In this document: positions 53,362 through 63,636 of the stretch, piece by piece | Numbering within the stretch: the stretch's first letter is position 1 | How the letters are laid out: every line of letters starts with the position of its first letter | Source of the DNA: a virus | Taxonomy: Duplodnaviria > Caudoviricetes | Virus record (IMG/VR): IMGVR_UViG_3300010344_000600 | Span: 18,039 to 82,038 of that record | Strand: one strand, 5' to 3' | Length of the DNA stretch: 64,000 bases | Notes under the pieces: generated by a model | Seen by the model: only the letters and a program-made list of their open reading frames with translations | What the model was told of the DNA's origin: nothing | The model's database searches: none | Translations under genes and position numbers: made by a program

Positions 53362-55661
53362 GCATGGGCGACATGATCTCCCCGCTGATAACGCCGGAAG
53401 CCGAGGAAGCAGCGCGCTTTGCCGAGACAAAGAAGCACATGGCGCTGACGGCGCAGCAGGGCGGCACGCCAGTTTCTCAACTGCAACCGCTGTCTATCAA
53501 GCTACAGGGCGAGTTCACGCGTTTCGCGGCTGACCGCCAGCCGGTCGAGGAACGCTGGCTGATGGATTTGCGTCAGTTCTTGGGGATTTATGAGCCGAGC
53601 GTGGCCGGCGCGCTGAAGAATCGCTCGAAAGCATTCAAGCGCAAGACGCGCTCGAAGATCCGTGCGGTAGATTCCCGGATGTTCGATTTGTTGTTCCCGG
53701 CCAGCGCCGAGCGCAATTATCGTTTGAAATCGACGCCCGAGCCGACGATTTCCGAGGAAGACCGGCAGTGCATCATCCAGTCGCTGCAGCAGCCGACGAC
53801 CGAAAACAAGTTGCGCGAAGCTATTCGTTCCTTTGTCGATGAAGCGGCGCTGCGCATGGGCAACACCATCGACGATCAACTGGTCGAAGGCCGCTTCAAG
53901 CGCATTGCGCGCCAGGTTCTGCACTCGGGCAACCTGTACGGAACCGGCATCCTCAAGGGGCCGCTGGTCGAGCGACGTCTATCGCGCGTGCGCTACATCT
54001 ATTCAGCGACGGAGAAAAAGTTCGTGATGTCTCGGCAGGAGGAATTCAAGCCTTTCATGGATTTCTGCCCGCTGTGGCGCTTCTATCCGGACATGGCGGT
54101 GACCGAACTGGAGCAGGCGCGCGGGGCCTGGGAGCGGCACTTGATGAGCAAGCAAGGGCTTTTGCTGCTGGCCAAGAGCCGGGTCGTGGATGGGCCGCGC
54201 ATCCGCAGCTATGTGTCATCGCTCCCGCAAGGGCTGGTCACGCGCCAGAGCTTCGAGCAGACCTTGCAGCAGATGGGCGACACACGGCAGACGAATTTTA
54301 ACCAGTCCGGTCAATACGAGCTGCTGGAACGCTGGGGCTGGCTTGATCGGGATGATCTGCTGTCATGCGGCGTGCAGTTGCCGACCAGCGACGACGATAT
54401 TTACTTCGGCAATGTCTTGATGTTCCCGAACGGCGAACCGATCAAGGCCGTGCTGCAGCCGATGGAGGGTCAGGACTGGCCCTACCACCTGTATTACTTC
54501 GACAAAGACGAAACATCGATCTTTGGTGAGGGTATTGCGACGATCATGCGCGGCGATCAGGAGATGATCAACGCCGCGACACGGGCCACGCTGGACAACG
54601 CGGCGATCACCGCAGGGCCGCAGATCGAGGCGTTCGTCGACCTGCTGGCGACCGGCGAGAAGATCGACGAGATTTACCCGTTCAAGGTCTGGGCGCGGAC
54701 CAAAGGCGATCCGCAGTATCCGGCGATCCGGGCCATCAACATCGACTCGCACATCAGCGAACTGCGCCAGATCGCGCAGGACTTCGACGCCAGCGCCGAC
54801 GAGACCACGGCAATCCCGAAATTCATGGATACCGGCGTCAATCCGACGCAGGGCGCCGCTGGTACCGCATCCGGCATGTCCATGCTGCTCAGTCAGTCCA
54901 ATGTCGCGCTCAAGGATCAGGTCAGCGCTTGGGACGAAGGTATCACCAAGCCGTTTGTGACCGGGATGTACTCGTGGAACATGCAGTTCAACCCAGACCC
55001 CGCGAACCATGGCGATTTCGATGTTGAAGCCCTGGGCGCGTCGTCGCTGGTGGCCAAGGAAGTCCGCTCGGCGCAACTCGGGCAGTATGCCGCGTCCAGC
55101 GCACCGGAAGAACGGCCGTTCATCAAGTGGCATAAGTTCGCGGAGCAGCGCGCGCAGGCCAATGAACTGGTCGGAATCATCAAGAGTGAAGATGAAGTCG
55201 AGGAAGAACAGAATACCGACGAGGCCAAGCACCAGGCCGAACTGGACAAGCGCTTGCGCGAGCTGCAAGTGGCCAATCTCGAAACCAATGTGGCCAAGTT
55301 AGCTGCGCAGGTAGCACAAATCAACGCCGACGCGATCAGCAAGCGCGCCGATACCATTTATGCGGCGATGCAAGGGGGTGGTGTTGCAGCCAGCAACCCA
55401 GCGGCCGCCGCTGCCGGCGATGAAATACTCGATAGTATCGGGGCTATCGACATGACGCCACAGGAAACGACTACCACCGCATCGATCGAAGGGGCTGCGG
55501 CTCCAGCGGCACAACCTAGCCTAGCAAGCCCGCCTATGCAAGACAGCCAGCCAAGCCTAGCATCGCAGGCAAGGCCAGCAAGCCTTGTGCCCGATCGGGA
55601 AACTGGGGGCGCGCTGGTCGGTGAGCATGCCGGCATCGAAACCGCGCAGATCCCAGGCTGA
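53358..55661 (+). CDS. Portal protein
   Basis: Follows terL; 767 aa (or ATG 53364); GTGILKGP, CPLWRFYPD, TAIPK...GTASGMSML. Confidence 0.88.
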   Translation: MSMGDMISPLITPEAEEAARFAETKKHMALTAQQGGTPVSQLQPLSIKLQGEFTRFAADRQPVEERWLMDLRQFLGIYEPSVAGALKNRSKAFKRKTRSKIRAVDSRMFDLLFPASAERNYRLKSTPEPTISEEDRQCIIQSLQQPTTENKLREAIRSFVDEAALRMGNTIDDQLVEGRFKRIARQVLHSGNLYGTGILKGPLVERRLSRVRYIYSATEKKFVMSRQEEFKPFMDFCPLWRFYPDMAVTELEQARGAWERHLMSKQGLLLLAKSRVVDGPRIRSYVSSLPQGLVTRQSFEQTLQQMGDTRQTNFNQSGQYELLERWGWLDRDDLLSCGVQLPTSDDDIYFGNVLMFPNGEPIKAVLQPMEGQDWPYHLYYFDKDETSIFGEGIATIMRGDQEMINAATRATLDNAAITAGPQIEAFVDLLATGEKIDEIYPFKVWARTKGDPQYPAIRAINIDSHISELRQIAQDFDASADETTAIPKFMDTGVNPTQGAAGTASGMSMLLSQSNVALKDQVSAWDEGITKPFVTGMYSWNMQFNPDPANHGDFDVEALGASSLVAKEVRSAQLGQYAASSAPEERPFIKWHKFAEQRAQANELVGIIKSEDEVEEEQNTDEAKHQAELDKRLRELQVANLETNVAKLAAQVAQINADAISKRADTIYAAMQGGGVAASNPAAAAAGDEILDSIGAIDMTPQETTTTASIEGAAAPAAQPSLASPPMQDSQPSLASQARPASLVPDRETGGALVGEHAGIETAQIPG

Positions 55662-55915
55662 TGACCATGAAAACAGCAAACGACTTGCGCAATGCGGCTT
55701 TTGTTGCGCTGGCCGGCGTGCGTGAGTACCGGGCCAACGAGCAAACAAAACAGATGGTCGTGATGCTGGACGCTTTGATCGAGCACTACCAAGTGCGGCT
55801 GATCGACTGCCCTGACGCCGAGGTCTCGCGCTTGCGTGTCTCGGCCCAGCAACTCGTCTTGCTGCGCACCGCACTAACCGCCGCCGATTTGAATCGCGTG
55901 GCTTTAACCGCGTAA
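55661..55915 (+). CDS. Hypothetical protein after the portal gene
   Basis: TGATG overlap. Confidence 0.75.
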   Translation: MTMKTANDLRNAAFVALAGVREYRANEQTKQMVVMLDALIEHYQVRLIDCPDAEVSRLRVSAQQLVLLRTALTAADLNRVALTA

Positions 55916-55943
55916 TACCCCTGCAACTCGCAGGACAGACCAG

Positions 55944-55965
55944 GCCGGGATTTCCCGGCTTTTTT
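55944..55965 (+). terminator. Intrinsic terminator
   Basis: GCCGGGA-TT-TCCCGGC followed by T6. Confidence 0.65.
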
Positions 55966-55979
55966 ATTGGGGAATCCTC

Positions 55980-57047
55980 ATGGACCAAGCCACAAAAGAC
56001 CGCTTCGCCTCCGGGTTCCGCGGCAAAACAACCGAAAAGAAGCCTGATGCGCCCGAAGTGGCCATCGTGATCGCGCCGGAAGGCGACGCCGGCAGCATCA
56101 ACGGCGAGGGAGCGACTGACGCTGGAACGCAGGGCGCGGGATCTGGTGAAACCGGCCCGGGTACCGGAACGGTCGAGAACACCTCTCCCACAGGCGAAAC
56201 CGGTACTGACGATGAAGCCATGCCGGAAATGACGCACAGCGAGAAGACCTGGCAAGGTCGGCTGGCCAAACGAGAAGCGGAGCTCAAGGCCAAAGAAGCG
56301 GCTTTGATGGCGGCGAATAACCCCCTGCACGACGGATCGCATGCGGTGACCGCTGAGCCGGAAGAGACAGCCATGGACCCCAACGAGGCGAACGAGCCGG
56401 CCGCCGAAGAAATGGGCGAGACCGCAGGCGAGGAAATGGCCGAAGCGCAGACCGAACCAGACGGCGAAGCACTGCCCGGATCGACGCCGGATGTTGTTGC
56501 CAATGCGCCGGAAAAGATCAAAGCCATTGCCCAGCGCTGGAGCAGCGATTTTGGCCCGGACTTCATGGATGACCTGGCCAAGTTCGTCGGGTACATCGCT
56601 GAAGCCAGTGCCGGCAAGGTGGCTAGTGAAGCCATTGGCCCGCTCAAAGCGCAGAACGATGACCTGGCCAGCACGCTGGATGCGGTGATCGCCGGCTTCC
56701 AGGGCATGCATCAGGGCGACATCGAGGACCAGGAACCCGACTTCGAACAAGTGGTGAACTCACCCGAGTTCGAGCAGTGGGTGACCGCTCAGGAACCGGA
56801 TGCGCAGCAGAAGATTGTGCGCGTCCTTGAAGGCGGATCCGCAGGGCGCATCGTGCGCGTGCTCAAGGACTTCAAGGACTTTGTAGCGGCCAATGCCGAA
56901 CCGGCGCCAGGCTCTATCGATACCTCGGCGCTGGACGCAGCAACTTCCGTGCGCTCGTCGGGAACACCGGTTCCTTCGCTCGCTGGCAAAGCGGGCGGAA
57001 GTGCCGAGGACGCTTTCAAGCGCGGCTTCTACCGCAGCAAAGCTTAA
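55980..57047 (+). CDS. Putative capsid scaffolding protein
   Basis: Acidic, low-complexity; directly upstream of the major capsid gene. Confidence 0.75.
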   Translation: MDQATKDRFASGFRGKTTEKKPDAPEVAIVIAPEGDAGSINGEGATDAGTQGAGSGETGPGTGTVENTSPTGETGTDDEAMPEMTHSEKTWQGRLAKREAELKAKEAALMAANNPLHDGSHAVTAEPEETAMDPNEANEPAAEEMGETAGEEMAEAQTEPDGEALPGSTPDVVANAPEKIKAIAQRWSSDFGPDFMDDLAKFVGYIAEASAGKVASEAIGPLKAQNDDLASTLDAVIAGFQGMHQGDIEDQEPDFEQVVNSPEFEQWVTAQEPDAQQKIVRVLEGGSAGRIVRVLKDFKDFVAANAEPAPGSIDTSALDAATSVRSSGTPVPSLAGKAGGSAEDAFKRGFYRSKA

Positions 57048-57217
57048 CCGATTTTAAACCGCAGGCCTGACGGTATCAGGCCGACACGAAAAGAAAGACA
57101 GCCCACGCGCTTCCTGGCCCTCCTGCGATACGTCCTAGACGCCCAGCGACCACAGCATACGACCGGACAGCTTTCTTGGAGAACCCCTGTTTTAACTAAC
57201 TCTCTGAGGAAACCAAA

Positions 57218-58216
57218 ATGACTACTGCTACCCAATACGGAGACGTCTCGCCGGAAGTGGCGGGCTACATTTCCGGCCAACTGCTGGAACGTGGCATGCC
57301 CACGATCGTCCTTGACCGTTTCGGCCAAGCTGAATCCCTGCCGAGTAACGAAACGAAGGTGATGACCTTCTTCCGCTACAACGCCCTGCCCTCTGGCCCG
57401 GAAAACACGCTGCTGCAGGAAGGCGTACAACCGGCCGGCCGCAAACTGTCGCGTACACCGGTGACCGTTACCCTGAACCAGTGCGGCGACTTCATCGGCA
57501 TTACCGACGTGGTACAGGATACCTGCGACGACACGACCATCCAGGGAAGCCTTGATGTTTTGTCGCAGCAGATCAGCGAAACGTCCGAGAAGATCATCAT
57601 CAACGAGCTTTTGTCGACGACCTCGAAATGGTTCGCTAACGGCGCGGGGCTCTCGGCGGTGAATACCGTGATGGGCAAGGCCCATGTGGAGCGGGCGGTG
57701 ACCGGTCTGATGCGTCAGAACGCCAAGTTCATCACCAAACAGGTCAAGGCCACGGTCGATTTCGGGACCGAAGCCGTGCGCCCGGCCTACATCGCCATCA
57801 TTCCCCCGGAATTGGTGCCGACCGTGCGCGGGTATGTCGGCTTCAAGGACTCGGCGGACTACGGATCGATCACGCCCTACCCGACCGAAATCGGTGCGGT
57901 CAACGATGTGCGCTTCCTGTATCACACGCTTCTGGTGCCATGGGCCGGACAAGGGGCGACGGGCGGCGCCTCGGTGCGTCAGGATGCCACGAGCGGCAAG
58001 GCCGACGTCTTCCCTTGCATCATCTTCGGGGACAACGCTTTTGCCAACGTCGCGCTCAACGGCCTGCACAACGTCACGCCGATGGTGCGCAATCCTAAGC
58101 CGGCGCCGGGCGATGAGCTCGGACAAACCGGGTCGATCGGCTGGAAATTCATGAAGGCGAGTAAGATATTAAACGATGCGTTTTTGGCATTAATCCTTAC
58201 AGCATCCCCGGTCTAA
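57218..58216 (+). CDS. Major capsid protein, N4-gp56 family
   Basis: YGDVSP..LPSNETK..FFRY, Q.GDF..ITD, GEIG.V..VRF, D.LGQ.G..GWK. Confidence 0.9.
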   Translation: MTTATQYGDVSPEVAGYISGQLLERGMPTIVLDRFGQAESLPSNETKVMTFFRYNALPSGPENTLLQEGVQPAGRKLSRTPVTVTLNQCGDFIGITDVVQDTCDDTTIQGSLDVLSQQISETSEKIIINELLSTTSKWFANGAGLSAVNTVMGKAHVERAVTGLMRQNAKFITKQVKATVDFGTEAVRPAYIAIIPPELVPTVRGYVGFKDSADYGSITPYPTEIGAVNDVRFLYHTLLVPWAGQGATGGASVRQDATSGKADVFPCIIFGDNAFANVALNGLHNVTPMVRNPKPAPGDELGQTGSIGWKFMKASKILNDAFLALILTASPV

Positions 58217-58280
58217 CCAAGGCGCAGTGACCTAAGCCCGCTCGTCCAGGGGCTTTTTCAATTTCTCGAAAGGAAACACC

Positions 58281-58880
58281 ATGAATTCCCAATCTCTCCA
58301 AGGCGCGCGTCATTCCGACCTGCGCTTTGCGCTGGGCATGATCGTCCTCGCGGCGGGCGGCCTGGCCATCGATGCGGTGCCGGCCAAGTTCAAGACCGTC
58401 AACGCAATTCCCTACGCCGTTGACGGCGTGTTCAAGACGGCCAAGGCGGCAACCACGGCGCTTGTCTTCTCGTCCGGCCATGCCACGGTGCCGCTGGGCT
58501 TCTCGTGCCTGTTCGTTGTCGGTCTGGACGCGGCGGGTGCGGTGACCACGTACCAGGGCGATCTCTTCAAGGCGGAAGTCAACACCCTCACCGGTGCCAC
58601 CCAGTACCGCGCCTACGTGCTGTCGACCAACGCGGCCGGCATCGTGACGCCGGTCAAGACCTCGAAGCTGGTGGATACCACGTCGGAGCTGCTGATTGCT
58701 TCGCCGCCGATTCCCCCGGCACTCTCGACCGTCGCGCAAGGCATCCCCGACAACGTTGTCCCGATCGGCGCGATCAAGATCGTCGCCGCCGCCGACTTCA
58801 TCCCAAATACCACGGCGCTGACCGGCGTGGCCACGTACTACGACTTTGCGGGCGTGCTGCCGGCCGCAACCGCCCTCTAA
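58281..58880 (+). CDS. Putative capsid decoration/structural protein
   Basis: Follows the capsid gene; Ala/Val/Thr-rich. Confidence 0.7.
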   Translation: MNSQSLQGARHSDLRFALGMIVLAAGGLAIDAVPAKFKTVNAIPYAVDGVFKTAKAATTALVFSSGHATVPLGFSCLFVVGLDAAGAVTTYQGDLFKAEVNTLTGATQYRAYVLSTNAAGIVTPVKTSKLVDTTSELLIASPPIPPALSTVAQGIPDNVVPIGAIKIVAAADFIPNTTALTGVATYYDFAGVLPAATAL

Positions 58881-58897
58881 CCTCCGCAGCCCCCTTG

Positions 58898-58923
58898 AGC
58901 CCGCCTTGTGCGGGCTTTTTTTT
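58898..58923 (+). terminator. Intrinsic terminator
   Basis: AGCCCGC/GCGGGCT stem followed by a T-tract. Confidence 0.8.
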
Positions 58924-58949
58924 GCCCGCATTTTCTACCGGAGCCACAC

Positions 58950-59372
58950 ATGGCCACAGCCCAAACCAACAAATCCACCGACGCACTTGCCGAACTGGCG
59001 ATTCCTCCTGGCGTCACGCCCGCTGCCGCCCATCCGGCCATCACCACTACCAACGACCTGGCCAATCCGCCGAACGCGACACTGCCGGAAGTCGTTACCT
59101 CGTCAATGCGCGCCGGTCTCTCAGGCGAAACCGTGCAAATCGTGCTGGCAGCCGGAGAAGGCGCTGCCGGCAAGGAAGCACAGTTCGTGCGCGTCAACGA
59201 ACACACCTGGCTGGTGCCGCGCAACAGCCCGCAAATCATCCCGGTCGAGGCTTATCACGCGCTGAACGACACGACTCCCCCGCTTGCCGAAGGGTCGCGC
59301 GGCGTAGATTTCTCCCCGCGCTTCAGTGTCTCGGTGATGAAGACGTTTCCCGCGCCCCAACTTGCCGCCTAA
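58950..59372 (+). CDS. Hypothetical structural-region protein
   Basis: ATG 58950 after GGAG. Confidence 0.7.
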   Translation: MATAQTNKSTDALAELAIPPGVTPAAAHPAITTTNDLANPPNATLPEVVTSSMRAGLSGETVQIVLAAGEGAAGKEAQFVRVNEHTWLVPRNSPQIIPVEAYHALNDTTPPLAEGSRGVDFSPRFSVSVMKTFPAPQLAA

Positions 59373-59384
59373 CGGCTGACGGCT

Positions 59385-60167
59385 ATGGGTCGTAATCTGG
59401 TCCGCGAGGCCGTGTATAAGGTCTCGCTGCTGCTCGGGGATACGGAGCCGCAATTCGTTGACTGGAGCGAGCACGAGCTCGTGCTCTGGTTCAACGATGC
59501 GCAGCGCACGCTCTGCAAGTTCCTGCCGGCCGCAGGTGCGCGCATGGATTCGGTCAAACTGGTTCCTGGCACTCGGCAGTCGATTCGCCGGATACCAGCC
59601 AACCGCATCCTGCCGGGCGACGGCAGTGCGGCGGTCGAAGTACAAGGGACGGTCCTGAACGACATCCTGCTCAACATGGGACCAACCGGCACCACGCCGG
59701 GCCAGTCGATACGGCTGGTTCCGCGCCGCGACCTGGACGCCATCAATCCGGGCTGGCATGTGACGCCCGGCGATGGGTCGATTGCGCAGTTTGTTTTCGA
59801 CCCTCGATTCCCGACCGAATTCTTTGTCGAGCCTGGCGTGCCGTCGACACCGGATGTCTGGGTCGAGATCGGCTATCAGGCCATTCCGGTCGAAATTCCC
59901 AATACCGGCGTGCCGGGCAATGAGCTGTACCTTTATGGTGGGCCCAGCACCGCGACGCTGACGCTTGACGATCAGTATGCCGACGATTTGATTTCCTACG
60001 TCATGGCCCGCGCCTGGCTCAAGTCACCCGAGCGCGCGGCCAATGGCGCCAGCTATCTGCAGCAATTCCTGTCCTCGATCAATGCGCAGGCCAAGGCCAT
60101 GACCGGGACAAATCCCAACCTCAAAGTGCTGCCGCTTGCTGCTGAGCCGGCCGCCGCGGCCAGCTAG
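59385..60167 (+). CDS. Head-tail adaptor-like protein (DUF6682-like)
   Basis: LLGD...WSEHELVLWFNDAQR..., DDQYADDLISYVMARAW.K. Confidence 0.7.
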   Translation: MGRNLVREAVYKVSLLLGDTEPQFVDWSEHELVLWFNDAQRTLCKFLPAAGARMDSVKLVPGTRQSIRRIPANRILPGDGSAAVEVQGTVLNDILLNMGPTGTTPGQSIRLVPRRDLDAINPGWHVTPGDGSIAQFVFDPRFPTEFFVEPGVPSTPDVWVEIGYQAIPVEIPNTGVPGNELYLYGGPSTATLTLDDQYADDLISYVMARAWLKSPERAANGASYLQQFLSSINAQAKAMTGTNPNLKVLPLAAEPAAAAS

Positions 60168-60175
60168 GAGAAATC

Positions 60176-60355
60176 ATGCCTGAGTACAAAAAAGCAGCCG
60201 GTCATCCTGATGTTCCTCGGCCAAGCAATGAAGAACTGATCGAATTGGCTTATCAGGTGTGTTTAGCGATTGAACGGTGCGGGGCAAGTCCTGAATTAAC
60301 CCATGCCGTGATGTTGGCCAGCGACTTGCATACCTACCTGCGGAAACCTGTTTAA
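60176..60355 (+). CDS. Small hypothetical protein, 59 aa
   Basis: RBS AGGAG; TAATG overlap with the next gene; below the track cutoff. Confidence 0.6.
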   Translation: MPEYKKAAGHPDVPRPSNEELIELAYQVCLAIERCGASPELTHAVMLASDLHTYLRKPV

Positions 60356-61005
60356 TGGCTACCCCCAACATCGACAGCCTGTTCCCGCTGCTCCTGCCTG
60401 ATCTGCCGGAGTGCCCGCTGGACACCGTGCGTATGGCCGTGCGCCGTGCGTGCCGCCACTTCTGTCGGGAGTCAACGGCCTGGCGCAAGCTGCTGACACC
60501 AATACCGCTGATCGATGCGGTTCACGAGTACCCGCTGCCGATACCGGCCAATACCGAAACGGTGCTGGTCTGCAACGTCTACAACCCAGCCGGTAATGAA
60601 CTGGTCGGCAAGAGCCTGGATCAACTACGCCAGATCCTGCCCGACTGGATCACGGCCGAGGGTCGCCCAACGTACTTCAACAGCCTGGACTACCTCAACC
60701 TGACGCTCTACCCAACACCCGTTATCCACTACGCGGGAACGGAGTACACGGTGCGCGTGGCACTGACACCGACGCTGACGGCGCCGGACTTGCCCGCTGA
60801 ACTAACCTCGCGCTACGACGAGGCGCTAAGCGCGGGCGCCCTGGAACTGCTCTTTGCCGTGGCCGACCGCCCGTGGTCGCAGCCGGCCCAGGTAGCCACC
60901 AAGCACGCGCAATCGGAACGGATGATCGTTTCCGCGCGCATCGCCGTGGAACATGAACGAGTCAAGGGCAGCATCCGGGTCCAGTCGCGGAGGTTCGGCG
61001 CATGA
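60355..61005 (+). CDS. Adaptor/tail-tube-like structural protein
   Basis: LPDLPECP..VR.A..HFCRES..WR; podovirus-type connector position. Confidence 0.7.
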   Translation: MATPNIDSLFPLLLPDLPECPLDTVRMAVRRACRHFCRESTAWRKLLTPIPLIDAVHEYPLPIPANTETVLVCNVYNPAGNELVGKSLDQLRQILPDWITAEGRPTYFNSLDYLNLTLYPTPVIHYAGTEYTVRVALTPTLTAPDLPAELTSRYDEALSAGALELLFAVADRPWSQPAQVATKHAQSERMIVSARIAVEHERVKGSIRVQSRRFGA

Positions 61006-61655
61006 AGATCAAAGAATTAATAACCGAGTTTCGCACGATCACCGGCGATCTGAAGTTTCCCTATTTCTGGTCGGATCAGAACATCATCGGGTACGCCAAC
61101 AAGGCCGAGATGGAGGCTTGCCGGCGCGCCCTGCTGATCGCAGACACCGGAATCCTGGACGTCTTCGCCAATGAACCGCTGGTAGCGCTTGATCCGCTTA
61201 TCCTGTTCGTGCGTCGGGTGCGACTGGAAACCGGCGCAAAAAATTTGAAGTTGCTCAGTTGGCGCCGTGTGGAAGAAACCACGCCCGACTGGGAAAGCGT
61301 CAATGCCTCGCCCGTTCCCTTCATCGCTATGCCCGACTGGGTATCCGGGGCGCTGCGCCTGTATCCGACGCCGGTATCCGACGATACCGCGCGCGCCGCG
61401 TACTTCCGGCTTCCGCTCAATCCCATGACAGGCATGGACGACGCGCCGGAAATCAATGTCCGGCACCACAAGGATCTGCTCGACCACATGCTGGAACTGG
61501 GCTACGCCAAGCATGATGCCGACACCTTCGATCCTGCTGCCGTGAAATTCTACGGTGACCGCTTTACCACCATCTTCGGCCCGCCCGTCTCGGGCGTCGC
61601 TGAAACGGACGCCGAGCGGGACACCTCGCGCGCCAGGCACCTTCCTCAACGCTAA
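61002..61655 (+). CDS. Second DUF6682-like adaptor protein
   Basis: FR...D..PYFWSD..Y.N.A..EACRR, PEI...HH..L. Confidence 0.7.
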   Translation: MKIKELITEFRTITGDLKFPYFWSDQNIIGYANKAEMEACRRALLIADTGILDVFANEPLVALDPLILFVRRVRLETGAKNLKLLSWRRVEETTPDWESVNASPVPFIAMPDWVSGALRLYPTPVSDDTARAAYFRLPLNPMTGMDDAPEINVRHHKDLLDHMLELGYAKHDADTFDPAAVKFYGDRFTTIFGPPVSGVAETDAERDTSRARHLPQR

Positions 61656-61664
61656 GGATTCAGG

Positions 61665-62288
61665 ATGGCTGATGCAATTTACAACGTTACGATCCGCCAG
61701 GGGCACAGCTACACCAACGTACTGCGCTGCGAGGTGCCGCCGATCGTGCGCAAGCCGATCCTGGCAATCTCCTGCCCTTATGCCTCGGCAGTGATCCAGA
61801 CGACCGAGCCGCACGGCCTGCTCGATGGTTGGCGCACGGCCATTGTAAACGTCGACGTACCAAAGGAAATCAACGCGCTCAACGCCGATGATATTCAGGA
61901 TGAAGAGTATTACGCCGCGACGGTGGTCTCGCCGGACGTCATTGAGCTCAACGAAAAGAACATCGCGGATCTGAAGGCTTACACGCAGGGCGGGTTCATT
62001 CATTACAACACGCCCATGTCACTGACCGGGATGACTTTCCGCATCCGGCTCAAGACGCGCAAAGGGGGAACGCTCCTGGCTTCCAATCTGGTCGCGGATG
62101 GGGCGCTCAACGTCCTGAAACTGACGGTCAACACCAGCCTGTCGACGATCACACTGGAAATTCCGGCAGCGGCGAGTGAGTTGTTGGCGGGAAAAACCGG
62201 CTGGTACGACATTGAGGCCGTTACCTCAGACTCTCCGGCCAAAGTCATTCCCTTGGTTAGTGGCTACGTGAAGGTGGAGAAAGAATGA
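61665..62288 (+). CDS. Hypothetical structural protein
   Basis: RBS AGGA; beta-rich composition. Confidence 0.7.
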   Translation: MADAIYNVTIRQGHSYTNVLRCEVPPIVRKPILAISCPYASAVIQTTEPHGLLDGWRTAIVNVDVPKEINALNADDIQDEEYYAATVVSPDVIELNEKNIADLKAYTQGGFIHYNTPMSLTGMTFRIRLKTRKGGTLLASNLVADGALNVLKLTVNTSLSTITLEIPAAASELLAGKTGWYDIEAVTSDSPAKVIPLVSGYVKVEKE

Positions 62289-62638
62289 GCGAAATCGACA
62301 GCCAGCCACTAACGCTCGGAGACTTCAAGGGGTTGATGTCAGCCCACGAGGCGAACGAGGCAACGATGAAACAAGCGATGGTCGCAGAGTTTATGTCAGC
62401 GTTTCCTAACGGCGATCCGCTTCCGCACCGCGAATATCACCAAGCCAAGATAAACGCGGCGAACGCTGAGAAAGAGGCGGAAATATCGCGCAAGAAGATG
62501 TACGAAGCCGCAATCAACAAGATTACCGAAAAGGGAATTGAAGGCGTCTTCGGCGTCGCCAAGATCCTCTTTGTAATCGCCATCGCAGCGCTGGCAGTAA
62601 AACTCGGCGTCGCCTTGCCAGCCTGGCTGATCAAATGA
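62285..62638 (+). CDS. Hypothetical protein with a C-terminal TM helix
   Basis: ILFVIAIAALAVKLGVALPAWLIK. Confidence 0.75.
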   Translation: MSEIDSQPLTLGDFKGLMSAHEANEATMKQAMVAEFMSAFPNGDPLPHREYHQAKINAANAEKEAEISRKKMYEAAINKITEKGIEGVFGVAKILFVIAIAALAVKLGVALPAWLIK

Positions 62639-62853
62639 ACGATATCAAATACCTGTTGCAGCGCAAATTACTGGCGCATGACCAGGCTAAATGGCGCACG
62701 GTAACACGGGTTTCCAAGACCGATGCGCAGAAGGCCATGCAACTGGCAGCAGAGATAGCTAGGATCGGTGAGCCAATGAATTGGCGTGTTGTTATTGACG
62801 ACGCCGAACAAAAGCCCGTTGCGCACTGGCTTCCTAGCAGTGGGTGGAATTGA
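62635..62853 (+). CDS. Hypothetical protein
   Basis: ATGA overlap. Confidence 0.55.
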   Translation: MNDIKYLLQRKLLAHDQAKWRTVTRVSKTDAQKAMQLAAEIARIGEPMNWRVVIDDAEQKPVAHWLPSSGWN

Positions 62854-62965
62854 TGGCTTGTTTCTCCCTTGTCCCTGACTTGTGGAAGGCGCTTGCAGCC
62901 ACCGCAATCGTCACGGCGCTTGCCTTTATGGCGCTTATTGGCAGCGACGAATAAGGAGATAGGCA

Positions 62966-63181
62966 ATGAAAATCACCCTGACCGACGATTGGAAGAAGAT
63001 TCTCAAGAAGGCCTGGAGTTTCAGGCTGGCCATGCTGGCGGCCCTGCTCTCGGGTATTGAAACTGTTCTCCCGATGTTGGAACCATCGATGCAGACTGGC
63101 ATCTTTTCCGGACTGTCGTTTTTGGTGGCTGTCGGGGCCGGCGCATCCCGCGTCATCGCCCAGCCGGGCATGACGAAATGA
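62966..63181 (+). CDS. Putative holin/antiholin
   Basis: DWKKILKKAWSFRL plus two TM segments, directly before the endolysin; RBS AAGGAG. Confidence 0.75.
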   Translation: MKITLTDDWKKILKKAWSFRLAMLAALLSGIETVLPMLEPSMQTGIFSGLSFLVAVGAGASRVIAQPGMTK

Positions 63182-63636
63182 GACCGACGACCAAGCAGGC
63201 GGGATGGTTGGCCATCGCTATTACCGCTGTCTGTGCTTATGAGGGACTGTCTCTCAAGGAATATCCGGACATCGGTAGAGTGCCGACCATCTGCTACGGC
63301 GAAACTCGCGGGGTGCAGCCGGGCGACGTGGCAACCAAGGCGCAATGCGACAAGCGATTATCGGAGCGACTGGTGGAATTCAATCAAGGGGTCGATTCAT
63401 GCGTTACAGCGGATCTGCCGAACAAGCGCCGGGCGTCCTTTGTCTCTCTGTCCTACAACATCGGTGTGTCTGCCTTCTGCAAGAGCACAGTGGTCCGTCG
63501 CATCAATGCTGGGGATGTTGCTGGGGCCTGCGAAGCCGTGATGATGTGGGACAAGGTCAAGGGCAAGCACGTGCAGGGGCTGACCAACCGGCGCAAGCGT
63601 GAGCGCGATATGTGTCAGGAGGGGCTGACGCAATGA
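63178..63636 (+). CDS. GH24 lysozyme, probable SAR endolysin
   Basis: Hydrophobic N-terminus; YEG...YPD..VPTICYGET (E-8-D-5-T triad); GL.NRR..E..MC. Confidence 0.92.
   Translation: MRPTTKQAGWLAIAITAVCAYEGLSLKEYPDIGRVPTICYGETRGVQPGDVATKAQCDKRLSERLVEFNQGVDSCVTADLPNKRRASFVSLSYNIGVSAFCKSTVVRRINAGDVAGACEAVMMWDKVKGKHVQGLTNRRKRERDMCQEGLTQ

Noticed and set aside
55557-58126. 397-aa and 360-aa minus-strand ORFs over the scaffold and capsid genes
   Set aside because: Antisense shadow ORFs.
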